Origin: Macrostomum lignano
Taxonomy: Eukaryota
Assembly (NCBI GenBank): GCA_002269645.1
Contig: NIVC01000020.1
Span: forward strand, 558,001-622,000
Reading direction: 5' to 3'
DNA: 64,000 nt
Every line of letters begins with the position of its first letter. The stretch's first letter is position 1. The notes under the pieces were generated by a model that saw nothing but the letters and a program-made list of their open reading frames with translations, was not told the DNA's origin and ran no database searches. Shown here in pieces: positions 1 to 12,018 of this stretch. A program made the position numbers and the translations under genes.

Positions 1-69
1 GCAGCATGGCAGTGATGGCGGGCTTGGCGCTGGCTTCTTTCACCGTGATGCCCGACTTGATGCTGTGTC
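1..69 (-). CDS. Probable internal coding exon of an unidentified gene that continues off the left edge
   Basis: Minus strand reads ...cccatcacag|GA CAC AGC ATC AAG TCG GGC ATC ACG GTG AAA GAA GCC... (xHSIKSGITVKEASAKPAITAML). It has a CAG acceptor at 72-70, high GC3 and no stop. No family recognised. Confidence 0.4.
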
Positions 70-72
70 CTG

Positions 73-614
73 TGATGGGTTGTCAGATTGATGGGTTGTC
101 AGATTGATGGGTTGTCAGATTGATGGGTTGTCAGATTGATGGGTTGTCAGATTGATGGGTTGTCAGATTGATGGGTTGTCAGATTGATGGGTTGTCAGAT
201 TGATGGGTTGTCAGATTGATGGGTTGTCAGATTGATGGGTTGTCAGATTGATGGGTTGTCAGATTGATGGGTTGTCAGATTGATGGGTTGTCAGATTGAT
301 GGGTTGTCAGATTGATGGGTTGTCAGATTGATGGGTTGTCAGATTGATGGGTTGTCAGATTGATGGGTTGTCAGATTGATGGGTTGTCAGATTGATGGGT
401 TGTCAGATTGATGGGTTGTCAGATTGATGGGTTGTCAGATTGATGGGTTGTCAGATTGATGGGTTGTCAGATTGATGGGTTGTCAGATTGATGGGTTGTC
501 AGATTGATGGGTTGTCAGATTGATGGGTTGTCAGATTGATGGGTTGTCAGATTGATGGGTTGTCAGATTGATGGGTTGTCAGATTGATGGGTTGTCAGAT
601 TGATGGGTTGTCAG
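73..614. repeat. 16-bp minisatellite (TGATGGGTTGTCAGAT) x~34, essentially perfect
   Basis: Read directly from the sequence. Confidence 0.98.
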
Positions 615-1036
615 GACACAGAAGAGCTCCCCCAACCGCTTGCGAATTTCTGTTTTCCCCCAGAAGAGCTGGCATGTGCCGGGCTCAGGTGAGCACTCCG
701 TAGCAACAGGGAAGGTTCCCAATTGAATCTGCGCAGCCAGGCTCGCAGGTTGCTGCATCCCCTGTTAATTAGGATGCAGCTGGAGAAAAAATGCGGGAAA
801 TTCTAGATTTTTCTTCATCATTTTTTTTTGGGAAATCCCTGCTGACTGCGGAGCTGAGCGAAATTAAAGTGGATTTTAATCCCGTCCTTGCCGCTCGGGT
901 GGCCCCGAGTGCTTTTGAGGGCACTCGGTGTGCGGTGCTCACTCTGCTAATGCATCACATTGACAGATTCTGCCTTGCAGAAGCACCAGCTTCAATATCC
1001 ACCCTGATAGTGCAGCTGAATGCCCTCATGCAAACC

Positions 1037-1532
1037 CTATGAGATACACTATGAGATAAACTATGGGATAAACTATGAGATAAACTATGAGATAAACTAT
1101 GAGATAAACTATGAGATAAACTATGAGATAAACTATGAAATAAACTATGAGATAAACTATGAGATACACTATGAGATAAACTATGAGATAAACTATGAGA
1201 TAAACTATGAAATAAACTATGAGATAAACTATGAGATACACTATGAGATAAACTATGAGATAAACTATGAGATACACTATGAGATAAACTATGAGATAAA
1301 CTATGAGATAAACTATGAGATAAACTATGAGATAAACTATGAGATAAACTATGAGATAAACTATGAAATAAACTATGAGATAAACTATGAGATACACTAT
1401 GAGATAAACTATGAGATAAACTATGAGATAAACTATGAAATAAACTATGAGATAAACTATGAGATACACTATGAGATAAACTATGAGATAAACTATGAGA
1501 TACACTATGAGATAAACTATGAGATAAACTAT
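1037..1532. repeat. 12-bp minisatellite (CTATGAGATAAA, with ATACA and GAAAT variants) x~41
   Basis: Read directly; accounts for the YEIN, SHSL and IVYL repeat ORFs. Confidence 0.97.
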
Positions 1533-1560
1533 TAAATGAACTATTGAATACATTATAAAA

Positions 1561-2090
1561 CACTATGACACATTATGAGACACACTATGAGACACTATGA
1601 GACACTGTGAGACACACTATGAGACACTATGAGACACTATGAGACACAGTGAGACACTGTGAGACACTATGAGACTGTGAGACACACCATGAGACACTAT
1701 GAGACACACTATGAGACACTATGAGACAGTTTGAGACACTGTGAGACACTATGAGACACACTGTGAAACACTATGAGACATTATGAGACACACTATGAGA
1801 CACTATGAGACACTGTGAGACAGTGTGAGACACTATGAGACACTATGAGATAGTGTGAGACACTATGAGGCACTATGAGACACTATGAGACACTGTGAGA
1901 CAGTGTGAGACACTATGAGACACTATGAGATAGTGTGAGACACTATGAGGCACTATGAGACACTATGAGACAGTGTGAGACACTATGAGGCACTATGAGA
2001 CACTATGAGACAGTGTGAGACACTATGAGGCACTATGAGACACTATGAGACAGTGTGAGACACTATGAGGCACTATGAGACACTATGAGA
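1561..2090. repeat. 10/12-bp minisatellite (CACTATGAGA family), related to the adjacent 12-mer array
   Basis: Read directly; shares the CTATGAGA core with the 12-mer. Confidence 0.95.
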
Positions 2091-2284
2091 GCAGCGCTAT
2101 TCGAGCGGCTCCAGCGGCAGTTTTTGGCTTTCCTCCCGGTAATGCCCAGCTTCACGGTTGGCTTCATCAGCTCTGGCGACCAATTGTTTATAGAATGGAG
2201 AAGGCTGGCTGAGCAGCAGAGAAATGGGATAATAGGAGGAGCCGGTTGGCAGCAAGTTCCGCCCCAGCGCTGCTCCAAGCTCAC

Positions 2285-2424
2285 CTCTCCCCAAGGCCAA
2301 GATCTGAGGCCCCGCCCTGTCTTTGCTTTCACCGCCTTCGGCATGTCAATCGCAATTCGGCACAGCCAGAGCGCCAGATCGGTGGCAGGGGGACGGGGGA
2401 TGGTGGAGCTATGGCCAGGAATAA
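2285..2424 (-). other. Candidate exon, possibly first coding exon MPKAVKAKTGRG..., of the unidentified left-edge gene
   Basis: Acceptor ttttaactccag at 2427-2425, donor GAG|GTGAGC at 2284, ATG at 2344. An upstream donor CAG|GTATCC lies at 3013. The frame could not be joined convincingly to downstream exons. Confidence 0.3.
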
Positions 2425-2446
2425 CTGGAGTTAAAATTAATAAATG

Positions 2447-3010
<564 letters not shown>

Positions 3011-3248
3011 TACCTGCCTCTCTCTCGCATTTTCATGAGCGGCTTTCACCCTCGGCTTTGCAGCCAGCCGCCATCCACGGACTTTTGCTTGCTTCTCTGT
3101 GTTTCAGAATTTTTTCGCTTTTCTGCTTTGCAATTATTTCACCTGGGCGCATTTCGGATGGCCGCACCTGATTCGTAATTAAAAAACGCCAGCTTTGAAT
3201 GCTGCCAACCCCGAAGGGCGAAGCTGCTTTGGTGACACATCACACCTG

Positions 3249-3254
3249 TTTATT
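3249..3254 (-). promoter_or_regulatory. Candidate polyadenylation signal (AATAAA) of the NECAB-like gene
   Basis: TTTATT on the plus strand, about 225 nt downstream of the NECAB stop codon. Confidence 0.4.
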
Positions 3255-3476
3255 GTGCTGTTTATCTCACATCAACTGAGTAGCGAACAAGGAGATGATG
3301 AGGCAATGACGTTACAACAGAGTTTCTTAATACAAGACAAGCCTCTATAACTTTAATATTCTAGATGTTTCAAATTTCGATTATTCAATCAATTGGTGCA
3401 AAGTTCATCTCGCACTTTGTGACAGGCCCGTCAGCCGGTGTTGAAGTAGCTGCTCAGCCGGCCCGCACTGCTGACT

Positions 3477-6400
3477 TCAGTGCTCCAGCTGCTTCCACCA
3501 GTCCGCTGAAAAAAATAATGAAAACTCGTTGAGGGCCTACTATTAGTAGCACAACGGGGATGCTAAAATTAAATTAAATTAAATGTCAGTGAATCATATC
3601 TATCAATGCACCGCATGCATCACAACTATCGATCAATTTAGATTTATCAATCTTAATCTGCATGTATTAAGGCGGATCTTTCAATGCCCCAAAAAGCTGG
3701 TCGTTCTCGAAAGTTCATGGCAGACACAGGGACTCTACAGGCCTGTCACACGCCAGACACAGGGACTCTGCAGGCCTGTCACATGGCAGACACAGGGACT
3801 CTACAGGCCTGTCACACGCCAGACACAGGGACTCTACAGGCCTGTCACACGCCAGACACAGGGACTCCACAGGCCTGTCACACGCCAGACACAGGGACTC
3901 TGCAGGCCTGTCACATGGCAGACACAGGGACTCTACAGGCCTGTCACACGCCAGACACAGGGACTCTACAGGCCTGTCACACGCCAGACACAGGGACTCT
4001 GCAGGCCTGTCACACGCCAGACACAGGGACTCTGCAGGCCTGTCACACGGCAGACACAGGGACTCTGCAGGCCTGTCACACGGCAGACACAGGGACTGTG
4101 CAGGCCTGTCACACGGCAGATACAGGGACTGTGCGGCTACTCACACGGCAGCAGGAGTGTCTCGGTGCTTTCCGGAGCCTCTGAGCAGTCCACTATGCAC
4201 TTCCGGAGCTCTTTGCTGACGGGACTCGGCAAAAACTTTCGCCAGCTGCCCAGCGACTCCCAGAACTCGTAGATGACGAGCCCGCCAGTCTCCCTGTAGA
4301 CCCTGACGCTCAGGCTGTGGGAAGCGGGAAAGTCAACAGCACTTAGGAGGCACCCTAAAAAAAGAGACTGCAGTAAGCGCAGGAAGCTGCTGCCTAAAAT
4401 TTCACATCAATCGGAACCAGGAGGTGAGGAAAATGAACACGACAGGAAACCGAATTTCAGATCCCAATTTCGACCTTTTTAGATTTCAGTTTTTCAACCC
4501 GTTGACAATGACACACGGCAGCCCGGGTGTTCAGCTGGGTTGCCGGCTGCCGGGATGGAATTCTGCTACTGATGGGGCGGCTGCAGCAGCTGAGCGGCAG
4601 GCGCGAATTCCCCGCTGGAAATCTGGCGCCGGGGAAGCCCGGCACCTGCAGTCAGTCAAGCGGCCCTAAAAAAGTGCAGCTGAGGGGCGACTTTTCCGCT
4701 CCCTCCTTCTGTCGCCCTAATTTTCATCTTTCTTAGAAAGACGGCCTGGCCGCCCCCCCTCAAGACTGTCAGTTGTTGGGAGACGGGCAGCCCCGAGCCG
4801 CTGCTCTTGTCTTTTTTCATTTCTCATGCTTGAAGAGGCCGGAGGCGGTCGGGCGCAGGAGATTGCTGGCAGATTGCTCAGCAGAGGGGGGGGGATCCAG
4901 CGCACCCGCTGGGATTTCTGTTAGCCGGAGGTCCGCACGGGTTACAATATTTCTCCCGGGATAAAATTGCGACAGCTTCTTTGCCCAGCTAATTGTCATA
5001 AGTTTAAATAAAAAATCAACTCAAAACCCGACAGCTTTGAGCTCAACTTGTGTTCAGTTGGTCCTGTCGATTGACATTGACTCGGAGGCAGTGAGGGTGG
5101 GAAGAAATTCCAGAGACTGTCAGGCGTTAGACTGAGCATGAGGGCAGCAATAAACTGAGCATAAACTGGGCAAAACTGAGCATAAACTGGGGCATTAACA
5201 GAGTAATAATCTAGGACATAAACTGAGAATAAACTGGGGTATAAACTGAATATGAACTGATGATAAACTAAGCATAAACTGGGTAAAAATTGGGCATAAA
5301 CTGAGTAAAACCTGCGGCATAAACTGGGTAAAAATTGGGCATAAACTGAGTATAAACTAGGAATGAGAGCAGAGCTGAACTGAGCACAAACTGGGCATGT
5401 CTGCAGCAATGCACTGAGAATAGGTTTGGGTGCAGGAGCAGAGGCTGCAGACACTCCGAGCTCCCGCTGACAGACTCTCAATCATCGCCCAGCTACAAAG
5501 TTTCCTGTTGAATGCGGGCTTCAGGTGGTGAAGGGGAAGCCCGGCCGAGGATCCCCGGGGCTCCCCAGGGCGCCGTCGTATTTCAGCGGGAAGCTGCAGA
5601 GCTGCATCAGGCCCGCCATCCCGGGGGATTGGCGGCCGCACGGATCCCCGCATCATATCTAATTTGGCAGAGCCTGAGGTCCGTCTTGACAAAAATCAGC
5701 TGTGATGCTTGCGTTGCGCGGGGCGGAGCTGCCCGAACTTTCAGCCGATAATTTGAGAATTTAATTTGCCGCGGAATAACTCAGCTGGCAGTTCCGGGAT
5801 GGCACCCAGATCTGCCAGCGGTGCTGGGCCTGAAGACCGGGCTATAAATCTAGATGTGGGCAAATGTCCTCGTGGTCACTCGGCTGCTTCCGTAATGTCA
5901 GTTCAGATCTATCAATTCAGATTTATCAATCTCACTCATGTCTATTAATCTCACTCAGGTCTATCAATCTCACTCAGGTCTATCAATCTCACTCAGGTCT
6001 ATCGATCTCACTCAGGTCTATCAATCTAACTCATGTCTATTAATCTCACTCAGGTCTATCAATCTCACTCAGGTCTATTAATCTCACTCAGGTCTATCAA
6101 TCTCACTCAGGTCTATCAATCTCACTAATGTCCATCAATCTCACTCAGGTCTATCAATCTTAATCATGTCTATAAATCTCACTTAGGTCTATCAATCTTA
6201 ATCATGTCTATCAATCTTAATCATGTCTATCAATCTCACTCAGGCCTATCAATCTCACTCAGGTCTATCAATCTCACTCAGGCCTATCAATCTCACTCAG
6301 GCCTATCAATCTCACTCAGGCCTATCAATCTCACTCAGGTCTATCAGCAGACTTTCTCGCTTCTGATGCATCAGTCAGTCAGCTGCAAGCCTCTTAATCC

Positions 6401-9400
6401 CCAGAAGCAGACCTCTCTCAGACCCTTGTCCCTGTAGCAGATTTCCCGAAAGCGGCCTCAAGCCAAACCGCCCCGTATCTGCCGGATCAGCTTTTCCCTC
6501 CCTTCTCCGGGAAGCCCCCCCGCTTTCAGTAAAAGCCTTCCAGCCAGGAAATGGCCGCCGCCGCCGCAGCAGAGCCCAGCCGGCACTCCGGCCGCTTTTT
6601 CCGGCCCGCAGCAGCGGCAGAAGATCGCGGTTCTGCTTGGGGCAGCAACTTCTTCTCCCCGGCCAGGGCGGTCGTTAGCGGGGGGACTCGGCCAGGTAGA
6701 TGGGGGGGGGGTTGGCCGGCGAATTTCACGGGCAGCTGAGGCTCCCGGACGCTGTGCACCGAAATTGCCGTGGGCAAAAGTGCAAAGCGGAGCTGCTAAG
6801 ACGCGCACGCACAGAGGCAGGCGGGCTGTGGGGGGAATCGATACGAGAGGCCGGCGACAGCCCCCCCCCCATTGTCCTGCATTGTCTTCTCCACCACTTT
6901 CCCCGCCCGCTCTGCTTCTGTTCTCGAAGGCCGCTGCGAGAGAGAAGTTTGGCTTCCTGGAGGCAGCGAGGAACAAGGAGTGATGAGGGAGCGCTGGGGA
7001 GGCTGCTGGGGCCGGATAAGTTGACCTGAGCTGCTTCTCTGCGTGCCTCAGTGCTGCTGGGACAGCCCGTAAGCTCGTATTGAATGAGCTGATATCAATA
7101 TGACTGGTGCCTCCGCCCCTCCGCCCCTCCTGCCCGCTCCACTCTCTCCTGCCCGCTCCACTCTCTCCTGCCCCCTCCACCCCGTCCTCGCCTGCCCCCT
7201 CCACCCCGTCCTCGCCTGCCCCCTCCACCCTCTCCTGCCCCCTCCGCCCCGTCCTCGCCTGCCCCCTCCACCCTCTCCTGCCCCCTCCGCCCCGTCCTCG
7301 CCTGCCCCCTCCACCCTCTCTTGCCCCCTCCGCCCCGTCCTCGCCTGCCCCCTCCACCCTCTCTTGCCCCCTCCGCCCCGTCCTCGCCTGCCCCCTCCAC
7401 CCTCTCCTGCCCCCTCCACCCCGTCCTCTCCTGCCAACTCCGAGCTCTCCACTGCGCCACCAGACCCAAGGCAACCCACAAGAGGCACTGCGGCACCAGA
7501 CCCAAGGCAACCCACAAGAGGCACTGCGCCACCAGACCCAAGGCAACCCACAAGAGGCACTGCGCCACCAGACCTCAGGCAACCCACAAGAGGCACTGCG
7601 GCACCAGACCCAAGGCAACCCACAAGAGGCACTGCGCCACCAGACCCCAGGCAACCCACAAGAGGCACTGCGGCACTCGGCCTTCCAGCTCAGCCGCGTA
7701 TTTCTTCAGTGCCGCCCGCAGGCGGCTCAGCTGCTCGTCCTGCACCGTCACGCGACGCCGCACAACCAGAATCTGCGGGTCGGAAGGGTGCGGGGGGTGA
7801 GGCAGACTCGGTGAATTCTTTTCGAGCACGGGCTGAGAGAATTGATAGCGAGCTGTAAGGCTACGCAGCAGGAGATGCAGTGATAGTGAGATGGGATTAA
7901 CTCTCCTTGATTGGGAATATAGTTCATATTGAGGGATTTTCCCCAGCGCCCTCAAGAAGATTATCCCTCGGCAACAGAAGATTATCACCTAGCATCAGAG
8001 GACTATCTCCCAGCAACAGAGGATTATGTCTGAGTAAGAGGGGATTATCTCTAGGCAACATGATTATCCCCGGCAACTGAAGATTATCTCCCAGCAACAG
8101 AGGATTATCTCGGAGCAAGCGGGGATTATCTCTCGGCAACAGAGGATTATCTCCTAGCAACAGAGGATTATCTCCTAGCAACAGAGGATTATCTCCTAGC
8201 AACAGAGGATTATCTCCTAGCAACAGAGGATTATCTCCTAGCAACAGAGGATTATCTCCTAGCAACAGAGGATTATCTCCTAGCAACAGAGGATTATCTC
8301 CTAGCAACAGAGGATTATCTCCTAGCAACAGAGGATTATCCCCTAGCAACAGAGGATTATCTCCTAGAAACAGAGGACTATCTCTCGGCAACAGAGGATT
8401 CTCCCCCAGCTACAGAAGATTATCTCCCAGCAACAAGGGACTATCTATCGGCAAGATAGGATAATCTCTGAGCAAGCGGGGATTATCTCTCAGCAAAAGA
8501 GATAGAGAGCAGTTTCGCACTCAGCAGTTCTACTCGCCAATATTATTCCTGCCCGGATAAAAGGGATTATAACTCGCCAGATGGGAGCAAGTCCCGGCAG
8601 AAGGGATTCTTTTGCTCGCTCCCGTCCCAGCAGACTAGTTGCTCCTCCAGCTTGTTGACCCTGAGATCCCGCCTCAGGCCGGGGCGGCTCAGCCCGAGCC
8701 GAGGGTTGGAAATGATGAAGCACAGAGGCTGCAATATGAAGCTGGGCAGGTCGTTTCCAACAGAGGCCGAGAGGCTGAGGGGGAACTGAGGAAAAGCTGG
8801 GCAAACAGGAGCCGTCAGTCACGTGATCGGCTGGATGGAGCTGAAGATCCGCACCCCCGCCCCCCCCCCCCCGAATTGAAAGGGGAGCGCGGCAGGCCTT
8901 TTTTGGAGACATTGGAACAGAAAGAGGGGAAACGGCTTCGCTTTCTGCCCCGCTTATCGCCTCGTTTTCTAAGAAATCGCTACTCCCGATGCATCCGCTC
9001 GATTGCTGCCCCGGGCCAGCAATAAATCAGCTGGGTCAACAAGCCTTTTATTGACTTTAATCTCCATCGCCTGTCTCCCGTTCTCTGCTGAGTTTGCACT
9101 TTTCCTGGCCGGCCTCCTCCGCCTCCTCCCAGTCCGCGCCAGTCAAAAGCAAAGCGGTGCGCGCGCTGAAGGCCGAGGAGTTTCGGGCGGCGGCGGCGGC
9201 GGCGGCAACCCATTAAGCGAGAGGCAAACTCGCTTTGGCTACCTGGGACTGCGAGAGCCGGGCTCACCGATCCCAGCTAATTCCCGCTCCTTTCGACTGA
9301 CTTCCCGGCCGCCCCATCGAGCGGAGACGCAGCTCGGCCGGGGCGGGGCCGCAACAGACCGGGAGAGGCCGGACAGGGAGGGGGCGGCCGGCCGAATCTC

Positions 9401-12018
9401 TGCTCGGGAATGAAATGGTCTCCGAAGTTTACGAGAGCGGGGTGAGCTGGGGAAAAAGAAGTGGGGGCGGAGGAGAGCCAGGCCCCCCCCCCCAATCAAT
9501 TCTTCTTTCGCGAGGCGAACCGGCGGCGGAAACTATGGCAGGGCCGGGGGGCATGCAAATGGGGTTCGTGGCGTGTCGATCAATTATTTATTGATCAAAG
9601 GCCCCGAACTTCGCATACGACCGGGGGCGCTGGCCGGAGACTTTTCCTCAAGTGGGAAATTCATTCTGTCGGCCGCCATGCAGCCTCCGCGGCGGCCATA
9701 AAGACGCGCAGATGCGCGGCGGCCCGAAGAGCGGCGGGCAGGTGACGGCAGCGGGTGACGGCAGCGGGCGACGGATCCGCTCTCCCGCTAACAAGTTTTC
9801 CGGCGGCAGGTTTTGACACTCGGGTGAAAATTCAATTTGTGCTGCGGCGGAGGGGGAGCCGACCTTCTCAGAGGTCTCGCCGAAGTCTGAGCCGCGAGTT
9901 AAACTTTGAGGACGCAGCGGACGGTCGCGCGCGGCAACTCCACCGTGACGAGCAGTGACGAGCAAAAGTGCAGCGGGAATTGCCGGGACGGCTGGCGATT
10001 TTCTAATTAGACTGAGCGAAGGGGGCGGCTAATCAGTGACGGGGGACAGCCCGGCCGGACCGTGAGAGGCGCTGCCTTGGGGATTTTCCCGGTGACTTCA
10101 GAGTGAAGAAGAAACTCGGGGCTGCTCGGGCTGGATTAAGCTTTATTCAAATCCCGACCTGCCAGTCTCAGACTGCCACGGACATTCAATCCGTTCCTCT
10201 CAAAGCCTACTGTGACATCTTTCAGACGCTTTGCCTGATCCGCTCGAGTGCTCCCTCACCAGCAGCTGCTTCGGCTCAGCTGGCTTAGTGGAAATGCGGC
10301 ATTCTTTTAAACTGGCTGCTAAGCCTTGTTGAAATGCACTGAGAGACTCGGAAATCTCGGAAAGAGAGGGGATTTCAAGTTTTTATCCAGTAAACCTCGC
10401 TTCAAATGCAGATTCCGAGGGCGGATTCCGAGGGCGGATTCCGAGGGCGGATTCCGAGGGCGGATTCCGAGGGCGCATTCCGAGGGCGGATTCCGAGGGC
10501 GCATTCCGAGGGCGGATTCCGAGGGCGGATTCCGAGGGCGGATTCCGAGGGCGGATTCCGAGGGCGGATTCCGAGGGCGGATTCCGAGGGCGGATTCCGA
10601 GGGCGGATTCCGAGGGCGGATTCCGAGGGCGGATTCCGAGGGCGGATTCCGAGGGCGGATTCCGAGGGCGGATTCCGAGGGCGGATTCCGAGGGCGGATT
10701 CCGAGGGCGGATTCCGAGGGCGGATTCCAAGAACGGGTTGCTCAAAAGATTCAATACAAGACTCTCAGAACTCACCACGGGCTCTTCCTCTTCCATGACA
10801 GCCTCCTCGCTCCGGCCCGTGAAGAAGCTGGTGTTAGCTTCCATGCGGTCCACAAGGCGCTGAAGTTTCTGCACCTCCTGCTGCAGACGGCCGGCGGAAT
10901 CAGCCTGCGACTGAGGCATTGAGTCCTGGACCTGCATGCTAGAGGGTGCGGACATCAGCCGCGTGTAGGGCAGGACAACTCCTTGACAGTTGGCAGCGGC
11001 AGCCGCAGCGGCGAGTTCCGGCGTCTCGCCGGTGCCGGCGGAAGCCCTGGCGCGGCCCTGGCTTTCAAGGCTGTCCAGCGCGTTCCTGAGCACGCGGTGC
11101 TGCGCCTCCAAATGGGCGCAGATCTCGCGCAGCAGGAATCGGTCGATAAACTGGGCAGCTGAGCTGCCGGCCGGGTGAGTCTCCGCCAGCGACTTCATCG
11201 ACAGCGAGACTGCGTTGCACAGCGTGGCAGCGGCCTTGAACACCGGTGCATGCGCTCCCAGGTGTGATGAGAAGTAGCTACACAGCTCCTGAGTGTCTAT
11301 GTTGCTGCCGAAAATAGGGGCGCATGTATTGGCATGGAGACGATAATCGTTGCTTCTCGTTTCCAATTAAATAACGAACGGATCTCACTTGGTATGGTGC
11401 GTGTCAATCTCAGTGAAGAGTGCTCTCATGCCATCGTCTGTCATGATACCATCCGAAAAGTAGCACACAAATTCAGCCCAAGAGATGGCTCCATCGTCTA
11501 AACGTAGTTAGTAAATATAGTGATATTTTATTATAAACCTAATATAGTTTAAATGATGGTTCAGCTAGGTGTCCCATTACAGTGACGCTTATTCGGTGAT
11601 TTGGGTCGAGGGTCGGGTTCCGGTGGGTCAAGACCCAAAGGGGGCCGGGGGGCAAGCCTGTATTTTGGCAAAAATTCGCCACCAGCGCTCTACTGGTTGC
11701 GCCCCTTAATTTCCATATATTAAAAATTGATACTTAAAAAACTGAATGAAATCCTTAATTGTTTATGTTTATTCACGTTGGTAAAATTTGATAGTCTTAA
11801 ATGCTTTAAATAGCGACTAAATGTATCCAATTGAAGGAACGCATTTTTCTTTCAATTAAAAAATCCTCAATCAAAATATTGATATCAAAGAACGACAGCT
11901 CCCAATGATATTCGTATGCTCAAATGTTGTTACCGTTTTTGTCCGCCCGACGAAATATGTCATGAAATATACAAAGATCTAAATCTGCCTTTGTGTGACA
12001 ATCTTTTTGAAAGGACAT
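3477..12018 (-). CDS. NECAB: NECAB-like N-terminal EF-hand calcium-binding protein with C-terminal ABM domain (~344 aa, 6 exons)
   Basis: Exons 12018-11934, 11497-11389, 11304-10776, 7772-7660, 4314-4145, 3505-3477; all GT-AG with compatible phases. The product has IFHDIFRRADKNDDGAISWAEF (EF-hand), IDTHHTNNIDTQELCSYFSSHLG, QFIDRFLLRE, LQRLVDRME, ILVVRRRVTV...LKKY...QCLFLSV, IYEFWES and LLLPSDWW. These match recalled vertebrate NECAB motifs in the same order. Confidence 0.93.
3718..4151. repeat. 33-bp minisatellite x~13 in the last NECAB intron; the unit contains the exon-5/intron junction
   Basis: Minus-strand unit GTGACAGGCCTGCAGAGTCCCTGTGTCTGCCGT versus the real junction CTGCCGT|GTGAGT. 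Confidence 0.95.
5140..5400. repeat. Degenerate (ATAAACTGAG/ATAAACTGGG) minisatellite
   Basis: Read directly; intronic in NECAB. Confidence 0.8.
5905..6345. repeat. 19-bp minisatellite (CTATCAATCTCACTCAGGT) x~23
   Basis: Read directly; intronic in NECAB. Confidence 0.95.
7112..7432. repeat. C-rich composite minisatellite (19/24-bp units such as CCCCCTCCACCCCGTCCTCGCCTG); G-rich on the transcribed strand
   Basis: Read directly. Confidence 0.9.
7452..7676. repeat. 36-bp minisatellite x6 whose unit is 17 nt of NECAB exon-4 end plus 19 nt of intron start
   Basis: Minus-strand unit GTG(C/G)CGCAGTGCCTCTT|GTGGGTTGCCTTGGGTCTG. Confidence 0.96.
7928..8488. repeat. 21-bp minisatellite (CTCCTAGCAACAGAGGATTAT) with degenerate edges
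   Basis: Read directly; gives the GDNPLLL repeat ORF. Confidence 0.95.
10411..10728. repeat. 13-bp minisatellite (GATTCCGAGGGCG) x~24
   Basis: Read directly; starts about 45 nt into NECAB intron 3. Confidence 0.97.

Noticed and set aside
752-780. 9-bp hairpin GCTGCATCC-N11-GGATGCAGC
   Set aside because: A single short stem with no U tract or known RNA context; expected by chance in 64 kb.
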